From positions 8,742,001-8,806,000 of the forward strand of contig NC_091482.1 of the NCBI RefSeq assembly GCF_036971445.1: a DNA stretch of 64,000 nucleotides, written 5' to 3'. Position 1 is the stretch's first letter. Each line of letters starts with the position of its first letter. Source of the DNA: Narcine bancroftii. Its lineage: Eukaryota. Below the pieces are notes generated by a model that saw only the letters and a list, made by a program, of their open reading frames with translations, did no database searches and had not been told where the DNA came from. Positions 63,398-64,000 of the stretch are shown one piece after another. The position numbers and the translations under genes are program-made.

Positions 63398-64000
63398 AGC
63401 TATCCATACCTGTGATCAATGATGGGTCCTTCCAAATCAGCAGCGTGTTTTGAATGAGTCTTTGCTTTCTTCTTGCTCCTTGAGAATCGGTAGCTTCAAA
63501 TGAAGAGCAAAGTGAATGGTTAAGGTCGAAACACGAATGTAGAAGTTGTATGCATTGCATTTGCTTGTCTTCTCCATACACAGTGCAGCTGTAAACAGCA
63601 GCAAATGAGTTCAATGGAAAGATCAGATACGCCTTCTGAATACAAATGTCGAGTTGACCTCACTGGCACAGAGTTTGACAAGCCCATGAGTGGAAGCTGT
63701 CCATTTCTGGTTGAGTAGCAACATTAAATTTGATTCCTCATAAATTTGAGAAAGACAGCCTTTTCCCATATCATCGTATATCTTTCAGTCAATGTGACCC
63801 CTGGCTCCAAAGGCCTCTATTTCACAATTTGCGAAGGATGATGTTAAAATACTGGAGCGTGTAATTGAGCTTCAAATTAAAATTCATTTGATATTTTCCA
63901 TGTGGATCACCTCTGCTTTCCCTGCTTCAAGAAAAATAAACACAGGCTGTTTCTACTCATGATAGCAATGCTCCGTCTCAGGTTGCTCCTGTTGAATCTC

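Overview
Eukaryotic (vertebrate) genomic DNA; the repeat repertoire (V-domain tRNA-SINEs, CR1, Penelope-like, L1, hAT/Charlie MITEs) suggests a cartilaginous fish, probably a ray (inference). Genes read directly from the sequence: IFT20 (- strand, three coding exons, last exon outside the window), TNFAIP1/BACURD2 (+ strand, complete 6-exon CDS, 960 nt, 319 aa) sharing a CpG-island promoter head-to-head with IFT20, and one internal coding exon of SGSM2 (+, 61012-61087). TNFAIP1 intron 1 holds a full-length degenerate Gypsy LTR retrotransposon (4-bp TSD, tRNA-Trp-type PBS) whose RT is interrupted by a nested solo LTR. The rest is TE-rich intron/intergenic DNA with several homogeneous minisatellites and two assembly gaps. 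I found no prokaryotic-type system and no clear novel protein-coding system. The best second-look candidates are: (1) a hAT element built from two inverted mini-MITEs that moves as one compound unit; (2) palindromic Penelope-derived mini-elements carrying a minimal hammerhead-ribozyme motif; (3) an SGSM2 exon-1-like peptide (KLLWNIRRE) on the wrong strand while no sense exon 1 is visible; (4) a perfect 46-copy 21-mer array open in all six frames. Coordinates for exons, LTRs and TSD-bounded elements were counted by hand; those of degraded repeats are approximate.
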